Part shown: piece after piece, positions 1 through 7,350 of the stretch
How the letters are laid out: every line of letters starts with the position of its first letter
Numbering within the stretch: the first letter of the stretch is position 1
From: a virus
Lineage: Duplodnaviria; Caudoviricetes
DNA length: 42,315 bases
Reading direction: 5' to 3' (one strand)
IMG/VR virus record: IMGVR_UViG_3300037470_000665
Coordinates: 1 to 42,315 of that record
Notes under the pieces: model-generated
Told to the model about the DNA's origin: nothing
The model's input: only the letters and a program-made list of their open reading frames with translations
The model's database searches: none
Translations under genes and position numbers: made by a program

Positions 1-216
1 ACGATCCGCGAGCTGCTCACCCTGGTTGACTACGGCCGATACAACCCGGCGATCGATATCGACCTGTTCCCCGAGTGCAAGGCGAACTGGTATTGGTCAG
101 TCACACCGTATGCGCCCTCCCCGGGCGGCTGCGCGTGGAGCGTCAGCTTCTACGACGGCGGCGCGGACTGGGGCTTCCGAGGCTACGGCGGGTTCGTTCG
201 CGCCGTGCGCGCCAGT
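1..216 (+). CDS. 5'-partial DUF1566 (Lcl C-terminal, CLec-fold) DGR target domain, continuing in frame into the RT
   Basis: Frame 1 reads TIRELLTLVDYGRYNPAIDIDLFPECKANWYWSVTPYAPSPGGCAWSVSFYDGGADWGFRGYGGFVRAVRAS with no stop before the RT; paralogous to 1409-1939 and 5188-5619. Confidence 0.9.
109..216 (+). repeat. DGR variable-repeat-like copy R0 (VR body with a TR/IMH*-like 3' end)
   Basis: Gapless alignment to 1826-1933 and 5506-5613; differences only at positions 1-2 of NNC codons; ends GCCAGTGAGTGT instead of GCCAGTCAGTAA. Confidence 0.9.
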
Positions 217-1398
217 GAGTGTCAGGGTGTCACGTTTCGCGAGCTCCACGCTGCCTGGCTTGAGGCCCGGCGCGGCAAGACGCCGTCCCGGGATCGCCTC
301 GAGTTCGAGCAAGCCTGGATCGACGGACTGCTCGATCTGCAGCAGTTACTGAACGCGCATCGATGGCAGCCGGCACCGCCGACCTGTTTCATCGCGACTC
401 GGCCGAAGGCGCGCGAGATCCATGCGCCGGCGTTCGCCGATCGCGTCGTGCACCACTGGCTGGTGCCCGTGCTCGAGCAGCTCTACGAGCCCGCCTTTAT
501 CTTCGACAGCTTCAGCAACCGGCGCGACAAAGGCACGCACGCCGCCGTCGATCGTCTGCAGGGCTTCGCCCGCCAGATTGGATCCGGCCAGGGCGGCGGC
601 TGGTACCTGCAGCTCGACATCCGGAACTTCTTCAACTCGATCTCGCGCCCGATCCTCTGGCGACAGCTCCGTCAACGGCTGGCGCGATCCGAGCTCGACG
701 AAACCTTTTGCCGGGCCGTGCACGCGCTGCTTCGGCATTCGCCGCTGCATCGCGGCGTCCGTTACGCCTGCCGGCCAGACGAGCGAGCCCTCGTGCCGGC
801 GCACAAGCGCCTGGCGAATGCAGCGCCCGGCTGCGGGATCGCGATCGGGAACCTCTCGTCGCAGTTTTTCGCAAACGTCTACCTCAACGCGCTCGATCAG
901 CACGTCAAGCACGCGCTGAAGGTCCGACGCTATGTCCGTTACGTCGACGACTTTGTCATCGTCGATGCCGATCGGGAGCGGCTCGTTGCAATCAAGTCAG
1001 CCATCGAACGCTTTCTGCACGATCACCTGCGCCTGGCCTTGAAGGCAGACGTCCGGCTGAAGCCGCTGACGTCCGGCATCGACTTCCTCGGCTACGTGAT
1101 CTGGCCGACGCATCGCGTTGCCCGTCGACGCGTGGTCGCACACTGCCGCGAGAAACTCAGCAGATGGCAGCGCCGGCATGTACGCGGTCGCCGTTTGATG
1201 GGTCGGCCTTCCGACTTCGCCGCGGTGCGATCGGTGTGGCAGAGCTACCTCGGCCATCTGTCTCACGCGAACAGCAAGCGGCTGATTGGCCGCCTGCACG
1301 ATGAATTCCCGTGGTTGCGGCGAGCCACGGCCAAAACGACTTTTGACTATCGCCTCGAGGGACGGACCGTCGTCCTTCTGGCATCCAGCCAACCATAG
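205..1398 (+). CDS. DGR-type reverse transcriptase
   Basis: Motifs KAREIHAPAFADRVVHH, LQLDIRNFFNSI, GIAIGNLSSQFFANVYL, YVRYVDDF, GIDFLGY; adjacent variable repeats; frame is open back to position 1. Confidence 0.95.
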   Translation: MRASECQGVTFRELHAAWLEARRGKTPSRDRLEFEQAWIDGLLDLQQLLNAHRWQPAPPTCFIATRPKAREIHAPAFADRVVHHWLVPVLEQLYEPAFIFDSFSNRRDKGTHAAVDRLQGFARQIGSGQGGGWYLQLDIRNFFNSISRPILWRQLRQRLARSELDETFCRAVHALLRHSPLHRGVRYACRPDERALVPAHKRLANAAPGCGIAIGNLSSQFFANVYLNALDQHVKHALKVRRYVRYVDDFVIVDADRERLVAIKSAIERFLHDHLRLALKADVRLKPLTSGIDFLGYVIWPTHRVARRRVVAHCREKLSRWQRRHVRGRRLMGRPSDFAAVRSVWQSYLGHLSHANSKRLIGRLHDEFPWLRRATAKTTFDYRLEGRTVVLLASSQP

Positions 1399-1408
1399 GG
1401 GGAAATCG

Positions 1409-1939
1409 ATGCAGACTTTGCAGGAGGAGCTTCGCCAGACGATAGAGCGCCGAGTGCACCAGGCGTCAGCGGATGAGATGACGCGGATTATCCTCGCGTT
1501 GATGATGGAGGACGAGATTGACCGGTCGCCCGATGAGCGGGGTGACACGGCGACCGACCGGTTCGAGCTCGCGCACCGCGATCAGGTTGTCATCGATCAG
1601 ATGACCGGGCTGATGTGGTCGCGCGCTGAGCTCACAACGGATCGGCTTAAATGGCCCGACGCGGATTCGCTCTGCCGGAATCTCGAGCTCGCGGGCTTCG
1701 ATGACTGGCGAATGCCGACCGTCGATGAACTGTTCGCCCTGGCTGACCGAACTCGATCTGACCCTGCGATCGACACTCGATTTTTTCCGGACTGCAAACC
1801 GAACTGGTACTGGTCGAGCACCCCGTATGCGCCCTCCCCGGGCGACTGCGCGTGGCTCGTCAGCTTCATCAACGGCGGCGCGAGCTGGAGCAGCCGAGGC
1901 TACGGCGGGTTCGTTCGCGCCGTGCGCGCCAGTCAGTAA
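1409..1939 (+). CDS. DUF1566/CLec DGR target protein 1
   Basis: ATG 1409 after GGGGG; motifs DQMTGLMW, LAGFDDWRMPTVDEL, WYWSST, FVRAVR; C-terminal VR. Confidence 0.92.
   Translation: MQTLQEELRQTIERRVHQASADEMTRIILALMMEDEIDRSPDERGDTATDRFELAHRDQVVIDQMTGLMWSRAELTTDRLKWPDADSLCRNLELAGFDDWRMPTVDELFALADRTRSDPAIDTRFFPDCKPNWYWSSTPYAPSPGDCAWLVSFINGGASWSSRGYGGFVRAVRASQ
1826..1939 (+). repeat. DGR variable repeat VR1
   Basis: 114-bp repeat at the gene 3' end with NNC-restricted variation relative to the other copies. Confidence 0.92.
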
Positions 1940-1971
1940 TTGGTCATTGGCTCGCTGTGTCAGATCGCACG

Positions 1972-2388
1972 ATGGAACCCGAGTGCCTGTGCCGCCTGCC
2001 GGAGACGGCAGGCTATGCGTGTCCGGTTCATGACGCCGCCAGGGTAGGCGGCATTGCGGCACACCTGCCAGAACTCCTGACGGCCGACGAGGTCGCCGAT
2101 TACCTCGGCGTCTGCCGAGGTACCGTGCTACGCGCGGCCCGTGCTGGCAGGCTTCGCTCGACACGCGTCGGGCGGGGTTATAGATTCACGGTCGAGCAGA
2201 TCCTCGTCTACCTACAAGAACAACAGGAGGGCGCTTCATGCCGAAGCGAGACCCGCGCCGCGGGAAGATCGGCGCCTGGTGGCTCACCCGGAACCGACAC
2301 GGCGTCTGGAGTCGGACCTGGTGGGACAAGTCCCGTCAGCACACTGCCAGCACATCGCTTGGCACACGCGATTTTGACGAGGCGCTGA
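1972..2388 (+). CDS. Excisionase-family HTH DNA-binding protein
   Basis: LLTADEVADYLGVCRGTVLRAARAGRLRSTRVGRGYRF is HTH_17-like; overlaps the integrase start. Confidence 0.8.
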   Translation: MEPECLCRLPETAGYACPVHDAARVGGIAAHLPELLTADEVADYLGVCRGTVLRAARAGRLRSTRVGRGYRFTVEQILVYLQEQQEGASCRSETRAAGRSAPGGSPGTDTASGVGPGGTSPVSTLPAHRLAHAILTRR

Positions 2389-3398
2389 TGCTGCTTGCCA
2401 GGTGGATCGTCCTGAACGACCGTATCGACCACGAGCGTCCGGCCGACGTGCCGCTCTATTCCGTGCTCGATCGGTATCACGCGCATCACGCGAAGCCGAA
2501 CACGGCCCGCGGCGGCGAGGCCTCGGCGCTCGCGATCGCGAAGCTGAAAGACTTCTTCGAACCGAAGACAACAGTCGGCGACCTGAGCCTGGAGCGCCAG
2601 CGCGAGCTCGAGCTTTGGCTCAAGAGCAAAGGCTACGCCGACGGCTACATTGGCCGGATCCAGAGCACGCTCTCGGCCGCGGTGATGCGGAGCTATCGCG
2701 CCCAGGAGATCGAGTCGGCACCCTATGTCCGGGTCATCGGCAACACGCAGGAGCGCACGCGAATCCTGACGCCGAAGGAGGCGGCGGCGCTCTTTAACGC
2801 CGGGCCGCCCGATCACATCCTGATGCTGCTCCTGCTGCTGTTCAACACGCTATCGAGGCCCGGTGCCCTGCTCGAGCTCCAACCCTTCCAGATCGATTTC
2901 GAGCACCGCCTGATCGACCTGAATCCGCCCGGGCGGGCGCAGACGAAGAAGCGGCGTCCGATCCTCCCTATCTCCGACACGCTCCTGCCGTGGCTCCAGG
3001 CGCGCCGCAAGCAGCGCTACCTCGTCCAGTGGCACGAGGCGCAGGCCCGACCGATCGGCAGCGTCAAGAAGACCTGGCGGCGCTTGCGGGGCGATGCGGC
3101 GAAGCTCCTCAAGGCAGCCGATCCTGACCACCCAGGCATGGACGACGTCATCCCCTACACGATCCGGCACACGATGGCGACGGAGCTCCGCCGCCGCGGC
3201 TGTCCTGAGTGGGAGGTTGCCGGCTTCCTAGGCCACCGGATGGGCCGATCCGGCACGACCGAGCGTTATGCCAAGTTCGCGCCCGACTACCTGAGCAAGG
3301 CAGCGACGGCGATTGACGACTACATGAACGAGCTCCAGCCGCTGGTGAAGCGGGAGCTGATCACGAACGTGACGCCGCTCAAGGGGAGGAAGGCGTGA
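2238..3398 (+). CDS. int: Tyrosine recombinase (phage integrase)
   Basis: Catalytic pattern SRPGALLEL (R), YTIRH (HxxR variant), FLGH, ERYAK (Y); tRNA-derived att site downstream. Confidence 0.92.
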   Translation: MPKRDPRRGKIGAWWLTRNRHGVWSRTWWDKSRQHTASTSLGTRDFDEALMLLARWIVLNDRIDHERPADVPLYSVLDRYHAHHAKPNTARGGEASALAIAKLKDFFEPKTTVGDLSLERQRELELWLKSKGYADGYIGRIQSTLSAAVMRSYRAQEIESAPYVRVIGNTQERTRILTPKEAAALFNAGPPDHILMLLLLLFNTLSRPGALLELQPFQIDFEHRLIDLNPPGRAQTKKRRPILPISDTLLPWLQARRKQRYLVQWHEAQARPIGSVKKTWRRLRGDAAKLLKAADPDHPGMDDVIPYTIRHTMATELRRRGCPEWEVAGFLGHRMGRSGTTERYAKFAPDYLSKAATAIDDYMNELQPLVKRELITNVTPLKGRKA

Positions 3399-3814
3399 CG
3401 GCAGGGCCTGAGCAGTATCAGGATGCGGAGGGAAACCCGATCGCCCTCGAGACGCTCGTTCGACGCGAGCCGGATTGGGCCGCCAACCGCATCCGGGCGG
3501 GACGATCAGCTGATGAGCTGATGCAGCTGATGCAGCTGATCGGGCAATGCCTGGACCGGGACATCGGTGTCCAGGTCGTCAAGTGCGGCCGGTACGCGGA
3601 GCCAGGCAAACCGTATCTGTGCCGGCTCACCCGAGGCTTCGGCACGGCCAAAGAAGACCATCTGGTCTACGGCAACAATGCGCGCGAGATCCTGCTGGAT
3701 GCGATGGAGCACGTCCTGGCGCGCGGCTTCACCCAGCCCCAGGACCGTTACGGCCTGGGGCTGGATCGCCGACCTTCCGCCGACCCTGCCGATCGCGGGG
3801 CCGCCGCAAGTGAT
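3395..3814 (+). CDS. Hypothetical phage protein
   Basis: GTG overlaps the integrase TGA; in-frame TGA at 3811-3813 region per ORF track; no recognised motif. Confidence 0.5.
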
Positions 3815-3819
3815 TGAAA
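3807..3819 (-). promoter_or_regulatory. IHF-like site flanking att
   Basis: Minus strand TTTCAATCACTTG, one mismatch to WATCAANNNNTTR. Confidence 0.5.
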
Positions 3820-3822
3820 AGA

Positions 3823-3869
3823 TGGTAGGCGCGATTGGTTTCGAACCAACGACCCCCACGATGTCAACG
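3823..3869 (-). other. att core: 3' half of tRNA-Val(GAC)
   Basis: Minus strand CGTTGACATCGTGGGGGTCGTTGGTTCGAAACCAATCGCGCCTACCA gives the anticodon loop (GAC), T arm, acceptor 3' strand and CCA, about 430 bp downstream of int. Confidence 0.88.
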
Positions 3870-3932
3870 CGGGGGCATCCCAGAAGTCATGCGCCTTCCC
3901 GAGGTCATAGCGTATCCAATCGTGACACTCGG

Positions 3933-3945
3933 AATCAATCGGTTA
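3933..3945 (+). promoter_or_regulatory. IHF consensus site flanking att
   Basis: AATCAATCGGTTA is a perfect match to WATCAANNNNTTR. Confidence 0.6.
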
Positions 3946-4053
3946 CACAGTTTTCGCCGACCTTCGACGTACCTTGGAACCACGAGGTATCAGGCCACCG
4001 CCTTAAGCAGGCCACCGCCTTCGGCAAGAGGGCAGACATAAGGAAGAAGCACA

Positions 4054-4923
4054 ATGCCTGACGATAGACTGACGACCCTGCCGCTCGACCGCATCGAGCT
4101 GTCCCGGACCGCCGCCCAGGTTGCCCGCCGCAAACGATTTGACGCCGCGGCCCTGAGCGATCTCGCTGACAGCATGCGCCAATACGGGGTGCTGCAGCCG
4201 ATCATTTGCCGCTCGACCGCGACGGATTACGAGCTGGTCGCCGGCGAGCGCCGTTACCTCGCGGCGAAGCAGGCAGGGCTCGCCCAAATCCCGGCCGTCG
4301 TTCGATCGCTGTCGGACGCGGCGGTGATCGAGGTGCAGCTGATCGAGAACCTGCAGCGCGCCGACGTGCACCCGATGGAGGAGGCGGAGGGCTACCAGCA
4401 GCTGATGAAGCAGCACGGCCACCCGATCGAGGAACTGCACACGAAGGTCGGCAAGAGTCGCAGTTACGTCTACGGGCGGCTGAAGCTGCTCGACCTGTGC
4501 AAGCAGGCCCGCAATGCGTTCTACGATGGCAAGCTGTCGGCCTCGATCTCGCTGCTGGTCGCTCGGATCCCGGGCGAGGCGCTGCAGAAGCAGGCGCTCG
4601 ATCGGGTCCTCGGCGGGCATTTCAGGCAACCGATGAGTTATCGCGACGCGAGCGATTGGATTCAGCACGAGCTCATGCTCCGCCTGAAGGACGCCCCCTT
4701 CCCGACTGACGACGTCCTGCTCGACGATCAGGCGGGGCCGTGCACCACCTGCCCGAAGCGGACCGGCAATCAGCCGGAACTGTTTGGCGATATCCAGGGT
4801 GCAGACGTCTGCACAGATCCGGCGTGCCACAAGGGCAAACTGGTGGCCTGGGGCGAAAGACTCCTCGAGGCGGCCGAGGGGCGCGGTCAGAAAGTCATTG
4901 CCGGCCCCTCAACCTTACACTGA
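4054..4923 (+). CDS. ParB/RepB/Spo0J-family protein, probably C-terminally truncated
   Basis: GVLQPIICR, ELVAGERRYLA, QLIENLQRADVHPMEEAEGY, HTH and a CxxCPKR motif. Confidence 0.85.
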   Translation: MPDDRLTTLPLDRIELSRTAAQVARRKRFDAAALSDLADSMRQYGVLQPIICRSTATDYELVAGERRYLAAKQAGLAQIPAVVRSLSDAAVIEVQLIENLQRADVHPMEEAEGYQQLMKQHGHPIEELHTKVGKSRSYVYGRLKLLDLCKQARNAFYDGKLSASISLLVARIPGEALQKQALDRVLGGHFRQPMSYRDASDWIQHELMLRLKDAPFPTDDVLLDDQAGPCTTCPKRTGNQPELFGDIQGADVCTDPACHKGKLVAWGERLLEAAEGRGQKVIAGPSTLH

Positions 4924-4935
4924 TGGGTCTGCGTC

Positions 4936-5160
4936 ATGACCATGAAGGAGCGCAGCGCCTATCCGCTCAGTTGGCCCGATCACTGGCCGCGAACAACGAA
5001 GTTCGGGTCGTCGAGCTTCCGCACCACGCTCGCCGGCGAGCTCAACAACGTGCAGAACGCCATCAATACGCTGCGCTCAAAACACCATCCGGACCGTGGT
5101 GGCGATGCCGCCGCATTCCATGAAGTCCAGCGTGCCTACGAAGAGGCGCGCGCCCAGTGA
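4936..5160 (+). CDS. Small DnaJ/J-domain-like protein (internally shortened)
   Basis: AYPLSWPDHWPRT N-terminus joined to KHHPDRGGDAAAFHEVQRAYEEA (HPD motif). Confidence 0.7.
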   Translation: MTMKERSAYPLSWPDHWPRTTKFGSSSFRTTLAGELNNVQNAINTLRSKHHPDRGGDAAAFHEVQRAYEEARAQ

Positions 5161-5187
5161 AATATCAATCGAAACGGAGAAAGGAAC

Positions 5188-5619
5188 ATGAACGAACGCT
5201 ATTTGAGAATCGGCCCGGATGGTGAGGCGATGACGTCCGACGCGCCGAAGTGGGTTGCGGTGAAGGATACCGTGACGGGCCTGACCTGGGCCGTTGAATC
5301 AATCAGGGTAGAGGACTGGTCGGAAGACACCGAGGCGAGAATCGCCGTCGCGCTCGAGGCATCGCGCCTGGCTGGCCTGGATGGCTGGCGGATCCCGACG
5401 CGCGCTGAACTCGTTACGCTGATCGATGACACACGGTACGGGCCGGCGATCGATATCGCAGCCTTCCCCGACTGCCCGAGCGATTGGTTCTGGACGTCAA
5501 CCGTGTATGCGCCCTCCCCGGGCGACTGCGCGTGGCTCGTCTCCTTCTACTACGGCTTCGCGTACTGGGGCTACCGAGACTACTACGGGTTCGTTCGCGC
5601 CGTGCGCGCCAGTCAGTAA
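5188..5619 (+). CDS. DUF1566/CLec DGR target protein 2
   Basis: DTVTGLTW, LAGLDGWRIPTRAEL, WFWTST, FVRAVR; AAGGA SD; C-terminal VR. Confidence 0.92.
   Translation: MNERYLRIGPDGEAMTSDAPKWVAVKDTVTGLTWAVESIRVEDWSEDTEARIAVALEASRLAGLDGWRIPTRAELVTLIDDTRYGPAIDIAAFPDCPSDWFWTSTVYAPSPGDCAWLVSFYYGFAYWGYRDYYGFVRAVRASQ
5506..5619 (+). repeat. DGR variable repeat VR2
   Basis: 114-bp copy with NNC-restricted variation, Tyr-rich. Confidence 0.92.
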
Positions 5620-5750
5620 TTGGTCTTTTGGATACGGCCACGAAGAAGCGATAGGCGCAGCGCGCTTGTCGTAAGTGTGACTCAGACACTCTTGCGGCGA
5701 CCGCGCCGCCGATAGATTGGGTTGCTCCACTCCACCCACGGATGACCGCC

Positions 5751-5972
5751 ATGAAGCACGCAAGCCTCTTGCTATTGATCTGTATGCCCTGCGCCTTCGC
5801 TCAGGACTGGCAGTCTTCCTACAGCTACATCGGGGCTGGCTACGGTCAGATCGATCAGGAGACGCTCGGCCTGTCGGTCGATCTCGACGGCTACTATCTG
5901 GAGGTCTCCGGCGGCAACGCGCGAGGGATCTCGGCGTCGAGAAGTCAGAGTCCTTCTGGACGGATCCCGTGA
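5751..5972 (+). pseudogene. N-terminal fragment of an outer-membrane beta-barrel-like protein
   Basis: Signal peptide MKHASLLLLICMPCAFA followed by SYSYIGAGYGQID...DGYYLEVSG amphipathic strands; breaks at about 5913. Confidence 0.55.
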
Positions 5973-6510
5973 AGAGCGGGCGGATCCCGAAGGGCAATCC
6001 TGCCGGTGTCGGAAAGTCGGGGCGCTTTCAGAAGGGTGCCGTTCCGGCGAACAAAGGCCTTCGCCGACCAGGCTTCGCGCCCGGGCGCATGGGCGAGACG
6101 CAATTCAAGCCGGGGAATCAGCGCAACGACACGCTGCCGCTCGGCGGGCTCAGGCTCGAATCGAAACAGAAGACCTGGCTCGTCAAGGTCAAGCTCGACG
6201 GGCCGATTCAGGACCGATACAAGCCGCTTGCCCGCATCATCTGGGAGCGCGAGCGCGGCCCGATCCCGCCGAAGCATGCAGTGCGGATCAGCGGATGGGA
6301 CAAGGCGAATCCGGATCCGCCCGAAGCCGTCACGATCGATCGGCTCGAGTGCATAACGCTCGCGGAGAACTGCCGGCGCAACAGCCTGTATCGATATCCG
6401 AAAGAGATCCAGGACGCCATCAAGACAAAGGGCGCGCTCACACGCGCGATCAACCGTAAGCAAGGGAAGAAACGCAATGACAAAAGCCGACGACGAAAAC
6501 AACGGCAACA
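5914..6510 (+). pseudogene. 5'-truncated phage HNH-type endonuclease gene
   Basis: RFQKGAVPANKG, ETQFKPGN, IWERERGPIPPKH, RLECITLAENCRRNS; no convincing start codon. Confidence 0.65.
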
Positions 6511-6736
6511 CGATCTCCGATCTCCGATCTCCGATCTTCGGATGCATCTCTTCGCGACGATTAAGGACTTGCGCGATCCGCAATCGAAGATGGACGTCGA
6601 AACGGCGAAGGCAATCAAGGGCGTCGCGGACAGCATCATCGAGAGCGCGAAAGCCGAAGTGAAAGCCCGGGAACTTCTCGGCAGTACTGCCGGCTTGCCC
6701 AGCTTCCTGCAAATCAAAGGGCCGGGCGGAGGATAG
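6477..6736 (+). pseudogene. Small phage protein frameshifted by a heptamer repeat expansion
   Basis: Removing two CGATCTC units gives MTKADDENNGNTISDLRMHLFATIKDLRDPQSKMDVETAKAIKGVADSIIESAKAEV... Confidence 0.7.
6511..6538 (+). repeat. Tandem heptamer (CGATCTC)3 CGATCTT
   Basis: Read directly from the sequence. Confidence 0.95.
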
Positions 6737-6738
6737 CG

Positions 6739-7200
6739 ATGAACCGTCACCAGCGCATTGCGATCGAAAACGTCTGCCTGCTCGGTGTCGAGACGTCGAA
6801 TCAGCGTTATCACTACTTCGACAAACAGATCTCGATCGTGCTCACCGTCAACGCCGGCTACGAGTGAATCGAGAAAGGGTATGGCGGGCCGGTCTGGCAC
6901 GCATCAGCAAAGCACCCGGATCGGAGAATCCGGAAGAAGGCAGCCTTGCGTGCGCTGAACGGCGTCGGGTCAAAGGCCCTGGGCCAGTGGGAAGACGACC
7001 GGGCGGTCAGCGTGGCGGACGGCGCGTATCACGTGCGCCGGCGACTCACGCCGGCCGAGCAGACGATCGTCGGCGGCGTTGTCGACATACGCGGAACGAT
7101 CGAGGCCTCGATCCGAGCGCAGCGAATTGTCGACCATTACCGCGGACGGCCGATGGAGCTGGTGATCCGCCAGGCAGCCAGGGCCGAGATCGGTGACTGA
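6739..7200 (+). pseudogene. Hypothetical protein interrupted by one in-frame TGA (6865-6867)
   Basis: ATG 6739 after GGAGG; MNRHQR...NAGYE*IEKGYGGPVWHAS... continues in the same frame into ORF 6946-7200. Confidence 0.6.
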
Positions 7201-7350
7201 CTACCAGGAAGCGTCGGGCGCAAGGGGGCCGGCGCGCAATAGGAGCGGAAGCGAGCCAAGCCAGCATTCGGCCTCTGGTCTCGCAAGCGCCGGTCCGACC
7301 TACCTTGCCTCTGGGTCGGGGCGGCTATACCAACCACTATAGGAGCGCGG

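Noticed and set aside
109-216. Repeat upstream of the RT as the DGR template repeat
   Set aside because: It has non-adenine bases at variable positions where the other copies have A, and it is embedded in a DUF1566 coding frame, so it behaves as a VR.
363-1304. Long alternative-frame and antisense ORFs (also 4003-4830, 10235-11038, 29419-30753 and others)
   Set aside because: They are shadows of real genes in high-GC DNA, with biased composition and no recognisable motifs.
205-1398. RT as a retron, group II intron or Abi RT
   Set aside because: The IGNLSSQ/YVDD motifs, size, lack of an endonuclease domain and NNC-variable repeats point to a DGR.
3823-3896. Functional tRNA-Val gene
   Set aside because: The D stem cannot pair and the acceptor stem has a mismatch; an att core explains it better.
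5717-6736. 339-aa ORF as a single genuine protein
   Set aside because: It is a composite of an off-frame OMP fragment, a truncated HNH gene and a frameshifted downstream gene.
6865-6867. Genome-wide TGA recoding
   Set aside because: Many genes end in TGA overlapping the next start (e.g. 3398, 34913, 20947), so TGA is a normal stop here.
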